A DNA stretch of 64,000 nt from Pseudomonadota bacterium (GTDB lineage Bacteria; Bdellovibrionota; Bdellovibrionia; Bdellovibrionales; Bdellovibrionaceae). The stretch is from contig JBEGVH010000010.1 of the NCBI GenBank assembly GCA_041178425.1, forward strand, positions 64,001 to 128,000, read 5' to 3'. The notes below the pieces were generated by a model, which saw only the letters and a list, made by a program, of their open reading frames with translations, had not been told where the DNA came from and searched no databases. Below are positions 29,644 to 38,299 of the stretch, piece by piece. A program made the translations under genes and the position numbers. Positions within the stretch are counted from its first letter, which is position 1; each line of letters starts with the position of its first letter.

Positions 29644-30922
29644 CGTTAAAACTCCTGTATTTTTCATAGTAAATAAATAGTGTTGAGATTGTATTTTTAG
29701 TTCTATCGCAAAAGTCCTGATCGACACGATCTTTGGAATGGGTACCCCGACTATGGATATACTGACACCCTCCGCCACATAGGAAGCGCGCCCAACAGCT
29801 TCCACAGTTCCGACTTTGCAGTTGAGACTGAGCGTATTTTGGGAGATTCACCAAAACACTCTCTCTCTCCTGACCTAAGCTTAATTGCCTATCACTGATC
29901 TCCCAAGGACAACTGAACAAAGAGCCCCTTGCATCCATCGAGAGCATGGACTTTCCGGCACCGCAGAAATTTTCCACCCGCACCTGATCGTCTAATCGCT
30001 GGAAGATCGAATCAAAATGACGAATCTTGCGTAACTCACACTCTCCGCCAATAGCATCGGCCAATGCAGCGACCTCCGACAATTCTTTTGCAAAACTTTT
30101 ACTGGCTTCCGAATCGAAATCCGTATGAGAGAAGTTCAGTTCATAAAAATCGAAGTTCCATCGGCGAAAATAATCATAAGTCTGAACAATCTCGAGATGA
30201 TCCTTATGAAAAACTGCAGACAGTCCTACGCTTGGAAGCTGTTCTTTTATTAATGAGAGTTGTTTAAGGCCAGCCTCGAGGATAGAACTTGAGGGAGTGC
30301 CAGCCTTGGTTGGACGAAACTTATCTTGAACGTGCGGTGGACCATCTACGCTGACTGTGACTGCTATTTTAAACTTTATCAAGAGGGCTAAAACAGAAAC
30401 GTCTAAAAGACGCGTCCCATTCGTCACTACAGCAAACCGAACATTGATTTTATTAGTGGCCCCAAAATCTTGGGCCCATTGCGCCACTTGGCTAATAGTC
30501 TCAGGATAGAGGAGAGGCTCCCCTCCTAAGAAGTTTATTTGAAAACTTGTGCCCTCTTCACATTGGCGGATCAGCCACTCTAATTGCGGAAGTCCTTTTT
30601 TTAAATCAAACTTAACTTGAGGGTCGCCATAGGTGCCGTCACCCCCCGCCGCACAATAGGTGCATTTTAAATTACAGAGTTGGGTTGCATTTACGGTGAT
30701 GGTTCGAATTTTTTGAGCAAGCGTAGAGGTTTTGCAGCTCTCACTAACAGATTCAGACCAAGACTTTAGTTCAGTTAATTCTTCAGATTGCTTACCCGCT
30801 TCAAAGGAATCGACAAGCGAAGGGCTCAAGCGAGCCACCTCAAGATTCACATTGTGAAACCCTACAAATTCATTTGGCCCCGTTTTAAAGATGGAAACAT
30901 TTCCGAATTGAGCTGGTGTCAT
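29630..30922 (-). CDS. Radical SAM/SPASM peptide maturase (CteB/QhpD/anSME-like)
   Basis: CNLKCTYC, FLGGEPLL, VTNGT, SVDG. SPASM cysteines CGAG...C, CGSCWARFLCGGGC...C. About 70-aa N-terminal extension compatible with an RRE. Confidence 0.9.
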   Translation of the reverse strand: MTPAQFGNVSIFKTGPNEFVGFHNVNLEVARLSPSLVDSFEAGKQSEELTELKSWSESVSESCKTSTLAQKIRTITVNATQLCNLKCTYCAAGGDGTYGDPQVKFDLKKGLPQLEWLIRQCEEGTSFQINFLGGEPLLYPETISQVAQWAQDFGATNKINVRFAVVTNGTRLLDVSVLALLIKFKIAVTVSVDGPPHVQDKFRPTKAGTPSSSILEAGLKQLSLIKEQLPSVGLSAVFHKDHLEIVQTYDYFRRWNFDFYELNFSHTDFDSEASKSFAKELSEVAALADAIGGECELRKIRHFDSIFQRLDDQVRVENFCGAGKSMLSMDARGSLFSCPWEISDRQLSLGQERESVLVNLPKYAQSQLQSRNCGSCWARFLCGGGCQYIHSRGTHSKDRVDQDFCDRTKNTISTLFIYYEKYRSFNGEAY

Positions 30923-30964
30923 TTTGACTTCGAATTCCCCTTCTTCATTGCTGCTTTACCAGAA

Positions 30965-30981
30965 TTGCAAAAAGAGTGCCT
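30965..30981 (-). promoter_or_regulatory. Sigma54 -24/-12 promoter upstream of the radical SAM gene
   Basis: Minus strand AGGCACTCTTTTTGCAA: GG-N10-GC with GGCAC and TTGCA, about 43 nt upstream of ATG 30922. Confidence 0.65.
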
Positions 30982-31074
30982 CGCATTTTAGAACAATTGG
31001 CTCCGGGGACTGAGAATATGACCATCAGCCCTGTCTTCATTTCACGAGCCCATGAAAGTATTATCATACAACGA

Positions 31075-31095
31075 AGGGGCAATAGGATTGCCCCT
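31075..31095 (-). terminator. Hairpin/terminator after the 31101-31490 gene
   Basis: AGGGGCAAT-AGG-ATTGCCCCT, a perfect 9-bp stem with a weak U-tract. Confidence 0.6.
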
Positions 31096-31100
31096 GAGTG

Positions 31101-31490
31101 TTAATTCATCTTGGTTTTGACTTTAAAGCTCGCCGAGGAAGAGCAGACATGCCCCTCTGCGCCTGAGGACACACAAGACATCTTACCGCAGTCCATAGAG
31201 ATGATTTTATTGTCTTTATTAAGCTCTTTTAGTTCCTTTTTCCAATCGGCACAGGCTTTTTTCCAAGAGCCGCGGGCTTCCTTAATTAAAACACTCGGAT
31301 CGCCTTCGATCTCTGCGCTTCCGCTGACGATCTCGAACAATCTGTCTCCCTTGGCGACTGAATCGCCCTTTCGAATAGAGATTGTCGTCTCTTCGTTCGT
31401 TGGTATATCGGTTACGGCCGTCTTTTGCGCCAAAGAAAGAGTCGCATTTAAGCTGATTGCAACACAAATCCAAACACTTATTTTTCTCAT
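31101..31490 (-). CDS. Small secreted Cys-containing hypothetical protein
   Basis: Signal peptide ending SLA and four Cys in the mature part (WKKACADWKKE...C..MSC...C). Confidence 0.7.
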   Translation of the reverse strand: MRKISVWICVAISLNATLSLAQKTAVTDIPTNEETTISIRKGDSVAKGDRLFEIVSGSAEIEGDPSVLIKEARGSWKKACADWKKELKELNKDNKIISMDCGKMSCVSSGAEGHVCSSSASFKVKTKMN

Positions 31491-31502
31491 TGAAACTATC
31501 TC

Positions 31503-33818
31503 CTATTTTTTAAAAATCAGGTCGATTTCTTCTGGCTCTTGCGTCTCTTTTTCAGACCAGAAACCTTGGGTTTTTAACTCAGACGTAGAAACTTTTCTTA
31601 ATTCGACTTCGTCGGTCCATGGAAAATCTCTCACCTGATCAAATCTCGTGGCTTCGTTCATAAAGGCCAGCCATGCCGGCAGCGAGCCACTTGCTCCTGT
31701 TAAACCGGTAGACGTATTGTTATCGAACCCAGTCCATACGACAGTTAATAAATCGGGGGTGAAGCCGACAAACCAGGTGTCGCGATTTTCGTTCGTCGTA
31801 CCGGTCTTACCTGCAACAACCTTAGGAAATCCCGATAAGGTAATTCGTCTCGCCGTACCACTAATAGAGGTCTGCTTTAGCATACCAATCAGAGTTTGAG
31901 TTGCTGTCGAAGACAATTTGTTGTCAATGGGACGATCGTTTCCATCCCAAACAATTTTTCCCTCTGGGTCAGTGATATAATCCAAAAAAGTAATATCCAG
32001 ATAACTTCCGAAGCGCGCAATAGTCATGTAAGACTGCAGGAGTTCCAGAGGACGCAACTCAAGGGCCCCCAAACTGAGTGAGGGGACCGCGGGCAGATCC
32101 GACTGTACTCCCAATTCTTTAGCCGTCTCAATAATAGGATTCAGGCCAATATCAACGGCCAGCTGAGCCGTTGCCAGATTGAGACTCTCCTTTAAACCAA
32201 AATACATCGGAACTTTTCCGAAGAATTTATGATCATAATTTGCAGGAGACCACTTTTGTTTTCCATAAGAATAGGTGAACGGCTCGTCCTTTAATTCTGA
32301 AATAGGGCTGAATTTCTCTTCATCCGACTCTAATGCTGTCAAATAGACAATTGGCTTAAAAGTAGAACCGACTTGCCGTTTTGAAGTGAGAATACGGTTA
32401 AACTGGGTAGTTCGATAAGAGCGGCCTCCGACCACGGCGCGCACGCCGCCCGTTTCAATATCCACGGATACCAAGGCGCTCTCTAGGTTTATTTTTTTTG
32501 TTTCTCTCACTTTTTTAATTACGGCGTTTTGACTTTCGATAGATTCAAGACTCTTAACAACAGCCGCCTGAGCCGCTTCTTGCAGTCGCAGATCAAGAGT
32601 GGTGAATAAGCGATAACCGGAGAGATCCGAAATACCTGACTTCTTTGCTTGCTCCACTGCGGCCTGGAGGAAGTAAGGGAGAGTTGTATAAAGTTTAATA
32701 TTTTCATTTTGAGGAAGAGGCTCTCCTTCAGCTTGCTTTTTTTCCTCAGATGAAATTAATTTTTGTTCTTCCATTTTCTCAAGCACAACAGAGCGTCGCG
32801 CCATCGCTTTCTCAGGATTTTTAAATGGACTGTATTGTCCAGGACTGTTGACAATCGCCGCGAGTAGACTGCATTGGCCAAGAGTTAGATCAGAGACTGA
32901 CTTTTGAAAATAATAACGACTGGCGGCTCCATAACCTCGAACCTGATAGGGACCCTGTTGACCCATGTAAATAACATTAAGGTAGGTTTCTAAAATCAAA
33001 TCTTTGTCGAGATGATGCTCTATTAAAAGAGCCATGACAAATTCGAGGGCTTTACGCTTAATTGTTTTCTCAGGTGTTAAGAAGTAGTTTTTGATTAATT
33101 GCTGAGTTAAAGTGCTTCCTCCTTGCGCCTTTCGCCCCTCAACAAGATTAACAAAGACCGCTCTCATGATACCAATCGGACTTACACCCCGATGCTCCAA
33201 AAACTTTGCATCTTCGATGGCAATAATGGCATTCAAGCAGGACACCGGAATCTCGGGAAGACCGTGCTCCTCTCGCAAAATTGGCTCCCCTCCAAGGTAT
33301 TGGGCCACCACCTGGGGAGCAACAATAAAATGCGATCTCGCTTGAGAGGGCTCACCATCAAAAATACCCTTAATGAGATTTGAAGAATCGATCCAAAGTG
33401 TCTCTACCCAAGGTTGACGAAACAACGGATGCTCCCCCTTATCCCAAACCACTCGCAGGCAGTGATCCCCTTCGATGATTTCATGACCTTCAGGTAAATA
33501 GGCCGAGCACTGAGCCCCCTCCAGAAAGGCAAAATCTCCAGGAAAGAGACTTTGCTGGGCCGTTCTTGATCGAAGGGATTTAGCAAGTTGTTCTCTTAAG
33601 GCTTCGATTGGGATTGTATCGCCGACCTTCCAATGTCCTATATGAGAATAGAAGATGGTAGGCTGCAGGAGCTGCTTTTGCTGCATCTTAAGAAGCATGT
33701 CTTGATCTACTTTATAAACAAAGAGACCACCCGCAATGATGATTAGCGTCACTAGAATGAGAAATCCTAGCACCGCGAAAATGACAAAACCTCTCTTGTT
33801 GTTTTTCTGATGAGTCAT
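31503..33818 (-). CDS. mrcB: Bifunctional transglycosylase/transpeptidase PBP1B-like
   Basis: TM anchor, EDAKFLEHRG, QGGSTLTQQL, YLNVIYMG, STFK (SxxK), SLN, KTGT. Start moved to ATG 33818 (track start 33944). Confidence 0.88.
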   Translation of the reverse strand: MTHQKNNKRGFVIFAVLGFLILVTLIIIAGGLFVYKVDQDMLLKMQQKQLLQPTIFYSHIGHWKVGDTIPIEALREQLAKSLRSRTAQQSLFPGDFAFLEGAQCSAYLPEGHEIIEGDHCLRVVWDKGEHPLFRQPWVETLWIDSSNLIKGIFDGEPSQARSHFIVAPQVVAQYLGGEPILREEHGLPEIPVSCLNAIIAIEDAKFLEHRGVSPIGIMRAVFVNLVEGRKAQGGSTLTQQLIKNYFLTPEKTIKRKALEFVMALLIEHHLDKDLILETYLNVIYMGQQGPYQVRGYGAASRYYFQKSVSDLTLGQCSLLAAIVNSPGQYSPFKNPEKAMARRSVVLEKMEEQKLISSEEKKQAEGEPLPQNENIKLYTTLPYFLQAAVEQAKKSGISDLSGYRLFTTLDLRLQEAAQAAVVKSLESIESQNAVIKKVRETKKINLESALVSVDIETGGVRAVVGGRSYRTTQFNRILTSKRQVGSTFKPIVYLTALESDEEKFSPISELKDEPFTYSYGKQKWSPANYDHKFFGKVPMYFGLKESLNLATAQLAVDIGLNPIIETAKELGVQSDLPAVPSLSLGALELRPLELLQSYMTIARFGSYLDITFLDYITDPEGKIVWDGNDRPIDNKLSSTATQTLIGMLKQTSISGTARRITLSGFPKVVAGKTGTTNENRDTWFVGFTPDLLTVVWTGFDNNTSTGLTGASGSLPAWLAFMNEATRFDQVRDFPWTDEVELRKVSTSELKTQGFWSEKETQEPEEIDLIFKK

Positions 33819-33928
33819 GACCTTGACATTAGAAACAGACCCTCGTTTAGTCAAAGCCTTACCCCAAGCAAAATTCACCAAAATAAAACAAATTTGGTGT
33901 TTTGCTCCGAGGAAGCCTAAGGAGTTAT

Positions 33929-34207
33929 ATGAAGCTAACCCCAAATCAAATACAAGCGATCGTAGAAAAGGTTTTCAAACACTGGAAGGTCAAGAATATT
34001 GCAACCTTCAAAGAAGATGAAAAAAAGGTGCTCCTAAGAGGAATTGAGCTCCTCAAGCTTGAACTGCAAAAGGAGTCGGACCTCGACAAAGAGGTCAACA
34101 AAAAACTCGATGAACTGGAACGATCGAACCCAGGTGAGTTTCAACGCCACAAAATGTTTCAACTTGTAAAAACAAAATTGGCAAAAGAAAAAAAGGTGGT
34201 CCTATGA
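33929..34207 (+). CDS. DUF507-like protein
   Basis: AAGGAG RBS, E.DLDKEV.KKL...MFQLVKTKLAKEKKVVL. Tandem with a paralogue. Confidence 0.7.
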   Translation: MKLTPNQIQAIVEKVFKHWKVKNIATFKEDEKKVLLRGIELLKLELQKESDLDKEVNKKLDELERSNPGEFQRHKMFQLVKTKLAKEKKVVL

Positions 34208-34479
34208 TTTTGTCGGAAGAACGCCAACTCCACTTCGCTCGAGTTCTGACTGATGAACTCTGGAATGACGACCTCGTCGATTACTCTGATGATGATCTCG
34301 CACTAAGGGTGGCTCGCCAAGCGATCACTGAATTTGTTAAAGAGGATCTAGAAATCGATCAAAAAGCGAGAGAAAAAGTAGCAAGCTTAAAACGTTCTGT
34401 GATAGAAAGCTCCCCCGAGTGGGAAATCCTATACAAAAAATATTATGAAGAAGAGAGGAATCGTCGTGGCAGCAAATAA
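34204..34479 (+). CDS. DUF507-like protein
   Basis: MILSEER...IDQKAREKVASLKRSVIESSPEWEILYKKYYEEE. ATGA overlap with the upstream gene. Confidence 0.75.
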   Translation: MILSEERQLHFARVLTDELWNDDLVDYSDDDLALRVARQAITEFVKEDLEIDQKAREKVASLKRSVIESSPEWEILYKKYYEEERNRRGSK

Positions 34480-35050
34480 AAAACAAAAAAATAAGCCAGC
34501 AAAAAAAGCAACCCCAAAGAAGGTCACTGCAAAGAAGTCTTCTGCGAAGGTGGCTAAGCCGAAGGCAACCAAAACCAAGATCGTAAAAAAAGTGAGCCCA
34601 GCAAAAAAGGCAAAATCGGCTAAGAAGACAGCGACGAACAAGAAAAAACCGACCAAATCATCTCCCAAAGCTGTCGCTAAAGCGAAAAAATTGACCCCAA
34701 CAAAGACCGCTAGCAAAAAGCCGGCAGCTACTAAACCTACCACCGCCAAAACAAAAGCTTGGATGAAGCCGCTGGATGATCGCCTCTTAGTTGAACTCAT
34801 CGAAGCCGACCAAGTCAGCCAAGGCGGAATCATTCTCGTTGATTCATCAATTCAACCTGAAAATCTTGAGGGCTTTGTCACTGCGATCGGGCGCGGTCAC
34901 CAAAATAAAAAAGGCCGTATTCATCCGATTGAGCTCAAAGTTGGAGATAAAATTATTTTTTCCAAATACGCAGGTGACAAGGTCTCCCATAATGGTGTTA
35001 ATTTTGTAATTATTCGCGAAACTGACGTATTAGGCTTCGCTGCCAATTAA
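34466..35050 (+). CDS. groES: Co-chaperonin GroES with Lys/Ala/Pro-rich N-terminal extension
   Basis: C-terminal MKPLDDRLLV...GGIILVD...VGDKIIFSKYAG...IIRETDVLG. About 100-aa K/A/P/T-rich tail. GTG 34466 follows GAGAGG. Confidence 0.88.
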   Translation: MAANKKQKNKPAKKATPKKVTAKKSSAKVAKPKATKTKIVKKVSPAKKAKSAKKTATNKKKPTKSSPKAVAKAKKLTPTKTASKKPAATKPTTAKTKAWMKPLDDRLLVELIEADQVSQGGIILVDSSIQPENLEGFVTAIGRGHQNKKGRIHPIELKVGDKIIFSKYAGDKVSHNGVNFVIIRETDVLGFAAN

Positions 35051-35078
35051 ATATTGGGTGCTCTAGGGAGGGGTTAGA

Positions 35079-36518
35079 ATGTTTAGAAGATCACTTTTAT
35101 TGATTTCAAGTTCTGTTTTGATGCTTCAACAGTCCGCGATGGGGATGATGCTCGACTGGAAAGGGCAATACCGAATCGAGTATGTTGAGGTGGATAAAAG
35201 TGAAATGACGTCGGGTAGTCGAAAAGGCTACCTTCTCAACAATCTCGTCTTGATGCCTCACATTCTTCCCAGCGATGGAGTGGAAATCGTAGGGAGAATT
35301 CATCTTACCGAAAACTCTGACCCCCGCTATACGAATTCACAGATGGGGTCAGTGTGGGGTAACAGCACTCGCGCCAAGACGGATCCACCATCTTCATCAT
35401 CATATATCGATGACTCAAACGCACTGGCTCAGTTCCGACCAAAAACTCCTCTTGCTGTGAGCCAAATGTATCTCAAGCTTGATCAGGAATGGGGCTCTCT
35501 TGTGGTAGGACGCGCTCCTGTTCAGTTTGGCCTCGGCATTACTCACAATGCAGGCAATGATCCGTTTTCTCATTGGTACGATACTCGCGATATTCTTGCC
35601 TACAAAATGCATATCGGAAACCTTTTCATCATGCCCTCTATTAGCAAGCAATTGGCAGACGACTTTCAACTTGGAAACGAGATTACAAATCAAACCATTC
35701 ACCTGGAATACAAAAATCCCGACACGGGAGATTGGCTAGGTCTTTTCTATGAGACGACAAGAGCCAATCCTAATGCGAATGATATTCCATTGGCGCGCCT
35801 AAATGGCGCTAACCTTAGTGGCTCGATGAGTTTGAATTCGTACAATATTATTCTTGGTAAAGACTTTTCTCAGTTCAACTTTAGAGTCGAAGGTGGTTTT
35901 CAATCGGGATCAACGGGTGCCGTTACTGCTACCGCCAAAGATATTAAAGTTAGTAGCTACGCCGTGGTGAGTGAGTTTAATATTTTTCCTACTGATAGCA
36001 AAAATACTTGGACCGTTAAAGCGGGCTCCGTCAGCGGCGACAACCCCGACACCGAAGACTTTGAGGGCTACCTTCTTGATCGCAATTACGACTTAGCCTT
36101 CGTGCTATTTAACCATGCTGTAGGCAGTAGCACAGATATTTTTAAAACAAAACTTGGCCATGCCGATCCGGGCCCATACACCTTGCGAAACAGCGCTGAT
36201 GATGAATTCGTAAGCAATGTATTGTTCATTGCGCCACAATGGACACGACAGCTTGCCGATCGCTGGAATATGAGAAATACTTTGATCGCTGCGCGCTTGA
36301 ATAATACTCGCATGACTGTTGGAAACTCTGTTGAAGACATTAGTAGCGACGTAGGCTTTGAGTGGGACCTTGGGTTTAGCTTCAAAGCCAGCGACAATAT
36401 GGAGTGGAGATTCAACTCGGGACTCTTGGTGCCTGGAAAGGCTTTCAAGATGGGGTCTGCTGATTTGAAGACTTCAACAATATTAGGTTTAAACACTGCG
36501 GCCGCCATCACATTTTAA
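35079..36518 (+). CDS. Outer-membrane beta-barrel (alginate-export/TIGR04551-like)
   Basis: GGAGG RBS, signal peptide, WGSLVVGRAPVQFGLGITHNAG, DVGFEWD, C-terminal ITF. Confidence 0.7.
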   Translation: MFRRSLLLISSSVLMLQQSAMGMMLDWKGQYRIEYVEVDKSEMTSGSRKGYLLNNLVLMPHILPSDGVEIVGRIHLTENSDPRYTNSQMGSVWGNSTRAKTDPPSSSSYIDDSNALAQFRPKTPLAVSQMYLKLDQEWGSLVVGRAPVQFGLGITHNAGNDPFSHWYDTRDILAYKMHIGNLFIMPSISKQLADDFQLGNEITNQTIHLEYKNPDTGDWLGLFYETTRANPNANDIPLARLNGANLSGSMSLNSYNIILGKDFSQFNFRVEGGFQSGSTGAVTATAKDIKVSSYAVVSEFNIFPTDSKNTWTVKAGSVSGDNPDTEDFEGYLLDRNYDLAFVLFNHAVGSSTDIFKTKLGHADPGPYTLRNSADDEFVSNVLFIAPQWTRQLADRWNMRNTLIAARLNNTRMTVGNSVEDISSDVGFEWDLGFSFKASDNMEWRFNSGLLVPGKAFKMGSADLKTSTILGLNTAAAITF

Positions 36519-36605
36519 AGACATTTTATTTATTCAACTTGATAAGCATCTTTGATAGCAACTTGTTAACAGCTCGTTTGGCGGCCGTTCTTTTCTAGAT
36601 CGACA

Positions 36606-36628
36606 ACGCCCTTGAAGATCAAGGGCGT
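36606..36628. terminator. 10-bp hairpin overlapping the stop codon of the convergent gene
   Basis: ACGCCCTTGA-AGA-TCAAGGGCGT. Confidence 0.5.
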
Positions 36629-37347
36629 ATTGGCTTGTAAAACAATATAAAATCACTCAAGCCATGTTGCTCAACAATTCCAAGCCGAACATTTTCTTTG
36701 GGCGGTTTTTTCCAAAAGACTGATTTGTTTCTGATGGCACAACCCAGTGGACTCTTTCCGGTAAAATCGGCTCCTTCAGCGGAACAGGGAATTCTATTCA
36801 CTTCGGGCTCTCGATCAGACTTTGCCAAAGGAACGGCAGTGACCGAGAGAAATCGAACATCTTCAGGATTATTTTTTAGTCGCTGAATCGGGTTATTCTT
36901 AATGAGCTGCGAAGAATAAACATGAGGAACCACAACTGCGATTCTCTTGTTTTTATACGGATCACTATTCCAAAGTGTCTTCAAAGCCTCTTCTTCCTTT
37001 TTGAGATCAAGAACTTGTTCTTGGAATCCCCAAGGCGCTTTTAGATTCAATCCTTGCTCGATAATAATTTCGTCGAACTTCCATCCAGGTTCTCGCGCTG
37101 CCAAAATAAAATCGCGCCAAATCTCTAGGTGCTCAGGTTCTTCAGGATCCACACCTAAAAAGACAATATTATGATCTTTTATTTCTTGGCGGAGTCGCAT
37201 GAGAATAGATTGACTCACCTCTTGAGCATTTTGAAATTCACTCAACTTAATTTTGGCCAAGGGTTTACCCTGGAGCCCAAGTTGAATAACCCATACAAGA
37301 GCGGCGACAGACACGAGACCAACAAAGGTAATATAAAGGTATTTCAT
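36619..37347 (-). CDS. Membrane-anchored hypothetical protein
   Basis: N-terminal TM (MKYLYITFVGLVSVAALVWV) and a soluble domain of about 220 aa. Confidence 0.65.
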   Translation of the reverse strand: MKYLYITFVGLVSVAALVWVIQLGLQGKPLAKIKLSEFQNAQEVSQSILMRLRQEIKDHNIVFLGVDPEEPEHLEIWRDFILAAREPGWKFDEIIIEQGLNLKAPWGFQEQVLDLKKEEEALKTLWNSDPYKNKRIAVVVPHVYSSQLIKNNPIQRLKNNPEDVRFLSVTAVPLAKSDREPEVNRIPCSAEGADFTGKSPLGCAIRNKSVFWKKPPKENVRLGIVEQHGLSDFILFYKPIRP

Positions 37348-37545
37348 ATGGGCTGTTTGCGCTTTTGGGCTCAAACTGTCAAGAATGGTTCATACCCCAC
37401 CAGCGTTATATTGCTTCCAATTCACTAAAATGACTTGGGATTTAAGCCGCCCCCAAAAAACTCACGATTATCAACCCCGCCCCAAGAAAAGCCCTAGACA
37501 TTTCATCCGTACGCCCTTAAAAGCTCAAAAAAAGGACTTGATCCC

Positions 37546-38286
37546 ATGAGACAGGTACCCACATTTAAATATTTAATCATCGGCAATGGTCGAACCGCTC
37601 ATCATATGCGTTTCTACCTTACTCACCTCGGTCACCTGGTTGAGGGATGGCATTACACCACCCAATCTGTAGACCAATTAAAATATTTAGCAACTTGGAG
37701 TGATCGAACCTTAATCCTTATCAAAGATTCTGCGATGGAGGAGTTCGTTGAACAATTCGCTTTTTTAAGAGCTTCCAAAACCATTCATTTTTCGGGAGCC
37801 CTCGATATTCCTGGTCTTGCTAATGTACACCCACTCATTAGTTTTAGCCACGATCTCTTCGACCTAGAATTTTATAAACGTATTCCCTTTGCTATTTTTG
37901 CAACGAATCCTATCGCCTTGACTACTCTCTTACCAGGCCTTCCCAATCCAAGCTTTATCATTCCAAAAAATCAAAAAGCTCTTTATCACGGTTTGTGTGT
38001 TACTAGTGGGAACTTTACGGTTTTACTTTGGCAAATCATTGGCAAAACCTTTTTGGAGACACTCGGAGTTACTAGTGCCCATCTGGTTCCGTATCTCGAG
38101 AGTGTCACTAGCAATTTGAAAACACAATGGGACAACGCTCTCACGGGCCCAATTGCTCGTCGCGACTCAAAAACACTTTTAAAGAACTACTCGGCAATAA
38201 AAGAAACTCCACTCAAGGAACTTTTTGAGGCCCATGTCAGAATTGCCTGGCCCGAATTTAGTTCAGAACACTTTGACCAACGATAA
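37546..38286 (+). CDS. Rossmann-like/DUF2520 protein, probable PanG-type ketopantoate reductase
   Basis: IIGNGRTA Rossmann motif, HFSGA, HPL, YH, LTGPIARRD. First gene of the pan operon. Confidence 0.75.
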   Translation: MRQVPTFKYLIIGNGRTAHHMRFYLTHLGHLVEGWHYTTQSVDQLKYLATWSDRTLILIKDSAMEEFVEQFAFLRASKTIHFSGALDIPGLANVHPLISFSHDLFDLEFYKRIPFAIFATNPIALTTLLPGLPNPSFIIPKNQKALYHGLCVTSGNFTVLLWQIIGKTFLETLGVTSAHLVPYLESVTSNLKTQWDNALTGPIARRDSKTLLKNYSAIKETPLKELFEAHVRIAWPEFSSEHFDQR

Positions 38287-38299
38287 GGAAAGAAAAATT

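Noticed and set aside
29644..29805. N-terminal half of track ORF 29482..29805 (107 aa)
   Set aside because: It lies out of frame within the radical SAM gene. The RBS supports the GTG at 29643 instead.
30945..31040. 31-codon minus-strand ORF (MKTGLMVIFSVPGANCSKMRGTLFAILVKQQ) as an alternative precursor
   Set aside because: No clear RBS, it runs through the sigma54 promoter, and it lacks a recognisable leader.
37430..37545. pan RNA motif or riboswitch before the pan operon
   Set aside because: Only a short CCGCCCC-A-rich direct repeat. I could not build convincing hairpins.
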